Shown here in pieces: positions 62,338 through 64,000 of a DNA stretch of 64,000 nt. A model generated the notes under the pieces. The model did not search any database. It was not told where the DNA came from and was given only the letters and a program-made list of their open reading frames with translations. The translations under genes were made by a program, and so were the position numbers. Source of the stretch: Macrostomum hystrix (taxonomy: Eukaryota; Animalia; Platyhelminthes); the NCBI GenBank assembly GCA_950097015.1, contig CATNEN010000008.1, positions 1,178,001-1,242,000 on the forward strand, read 5' to 3'. Numbering within the stretch: the first letter of the stretch is position 1; the number at the start of each line of letters is the position of its first letter.

Positions 62338-62629
62338 CTGCAGGAGACGAATGAATCTAGTGTACATTGGAGTGTACATTCAGCCCCAAAGTTCTAAAAA
62401 TAGCCTATTGATAATGAAAGGCTTCTATCCTTGCATACACGACTGGGCGAACATCACCCTCTCAGTCCCCCACCACCCCAAAATAGGGTTCCACAACACT
62501 AAGACTAAGACCTACCCGGGTCTTGGTAGCCCCAACCCCCGATCCACAAAGTCTTTATAAGTATTGTGACAAGTAATATGGTCTCGTGAGTCGAGACTTC
62601 AGATCGCAGCGCAGACACCGGGCCACGCC

Positions 62630-63701
62630 ATGGAAGAGCAACAAGAGGAAACTCCGAAACTGACTGAGGAGGACACTGCTACCGCTCAAGCTGTCCAAGC
62701 CCAAGGTCAAGGAGCTGAAGCCGACGAGCAAGGCGACGATAAGGACGACGACAACGGAGGAGGAGACGAAGAGGATGAAGATGAACGGGGAAAGAAGAAT
62801 CTTACAGAAGCTGCTGCAGCGGAAGAGGCAGGAGATGATGAAGAAACTGAAGAGTCGCCGCGCGGAGCAACAGCTGCTGCTGCTAGCGGTGAGACATGAA
62901 CTTATTGACCCATGACCAATTGGCAATTTATTTCTTCCATTTCTGAATGTTAGCCTATGTTATAAATTCTTTGCCAATCGACTTTTTAAGTCGAATTTTG
63001 GTTTATGATATCAGAATCAGAGAATAAGTTAAATCAGAGCTAGGCATCATATCGCTAAAAAGTTATTCCCCTGTTAACACTCGACAACCTAGTTGCCTTT
63101 TTTAATTTGTTTTAATTAATCTGAAGAAAAACTATTTTTTTACTACAATACACGTCTGACTACTTACAGTAGCTAAACAGCAAATAAAAAAATTAACACT
63201 GACCCATCCTCAGGTTCAGCATCAGCTTCGGCACCTTCAACGGGTGCAGCCGCCGCCGCCTCACCCGCCGCCGCCCCTGCTATCCAGCCACTAAAGCCGC
63301 CGTCGCGAGTAACTATTCACAAGAAGCGAGCGCACACAGTCCGACTCTGTCTAAGCATTGAGGGCGTCAAGCCCAAGCTGGATCTGCACTCAAAGCTGCT
63401 ACGCCGGCCCAGCCGATGGACATCCGCGGAGCCGGCCGAGGGCGACCTGACAGTGAAGCTGGAGCCGGACTCTGTCCTAGTTGAGTTTGTTAGGCGCAGA
63501 GGCGACCTACCGCATCGATGTTTTATTAGCGAACTCTGCGCCCGCATCGACAAGGACAAGAGCAGCTTCGAGGTTGGCGACGGCTTCGTGAAAGTCTACC
63601 TGGTCAGGGACACGACCGATGCAGCTTGGGAGCAGTTCGACCTGATTGCGGCTGATCCGGCTAGGCTGGATGAGGACTGCCTGCGTCGCATTGCTGACTG
63701 A
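62630..63701 (+). CDS. Two-exon gene (62630-62888, 63214-63701; 248 aa): acidic/Ala-rich N-terminus plus C-terminal CS/p23 (HSP20-like) domain
   Basis: GCC ATG G start, phase 1-1 intron with G|GTGAGA and CCTCAG|G, open frame. The C-terminus (VKLEPDSVLVEF...LCARIDKDKSSFEVGDGFVKVYLVR...W) fits the CS-domain pattern by eye. Confidence 0.7.
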
Positions 63702-63739
63702 TCGCTTCACGAGAGTCAGTTGCGCTTGGGACTTAAACT

Positions 63740-63990
63740 GGTTGCTATGGGGTTGTGTTATAGGGAGTCCAAATTGTTGCTAAGGTGCTAGATGTGCAAT
63801 CTAAGGAGTCAAATTGGTTGCCAGGGTGTTAGACTGATCACAATGGTTGCTATAGGGTGTTAGACTGATCTGAATGGTTTCTACAGGGTGTTAGACTGAT
63901 CACAATGGTTGCTATGGGGTGTTAGACTTGCAATTATTCTGATCAATCTTTAACACCCTAGCTATCATTCTGATCAAACTTTAACACCCT
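63740..63990. repeat. Degenerate repeat of about 31 nt (GGTTGCTATAGGGTGTTAGACTGATCACAAT) with inverted copies near the window end
   Basis: Direct comparison. AACACCCTAGCAACC near the end is complementary to the unit. Confidence 0.6.
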
Positions 63991-64000
63991 AGCAACCACT

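Overview
This is eukaryotic (metazoan) DNA, with GC-rich exons set in AT-rich introns full of minisatellites. That style and the TTAGGG repeats would fit a free-living flatworm such as Macrostomum, but the organism is inference only. About 44 kb (10.5-54.6 kb, + strand) is one giant ankyrin gene (unc-44/Ank2 type), which I reconstructed by hand from splice sites and phases. It has two or three alternative first exons (one polyQ, one with a myristoylation-type MGNTVA start), 24 ANK repeats, and a candidate alternatively spliced linker. It continues through ZU5-ZU5-UPA, a cluster of duplicated symmetric mini-exons and a ~13-kb giant exon built from His/Glu-rich 18-aa and 11-aa tandem repeats followed by a motif-rich acidic tail, and ends in a short 3-exon C-terminus. 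I found no death domain. The giant exon is broken by three clustered +1 frameshifts, and a probable fourth lies downstream. The introns hold an internally deleted mariner element, a hairpin (MITE-like) element, a tRNA-like element, an interstitial TTAGGG tract and many tandem arrays. Downstream are a two-exon gene for an acidic protein with a CS/p23-like domain and weak evidence for a minus-strand gene. Most long ORFs in the supplied track are shadows of tandem repeats. Tandem-array boundaries are approximate, and no database searches were run.
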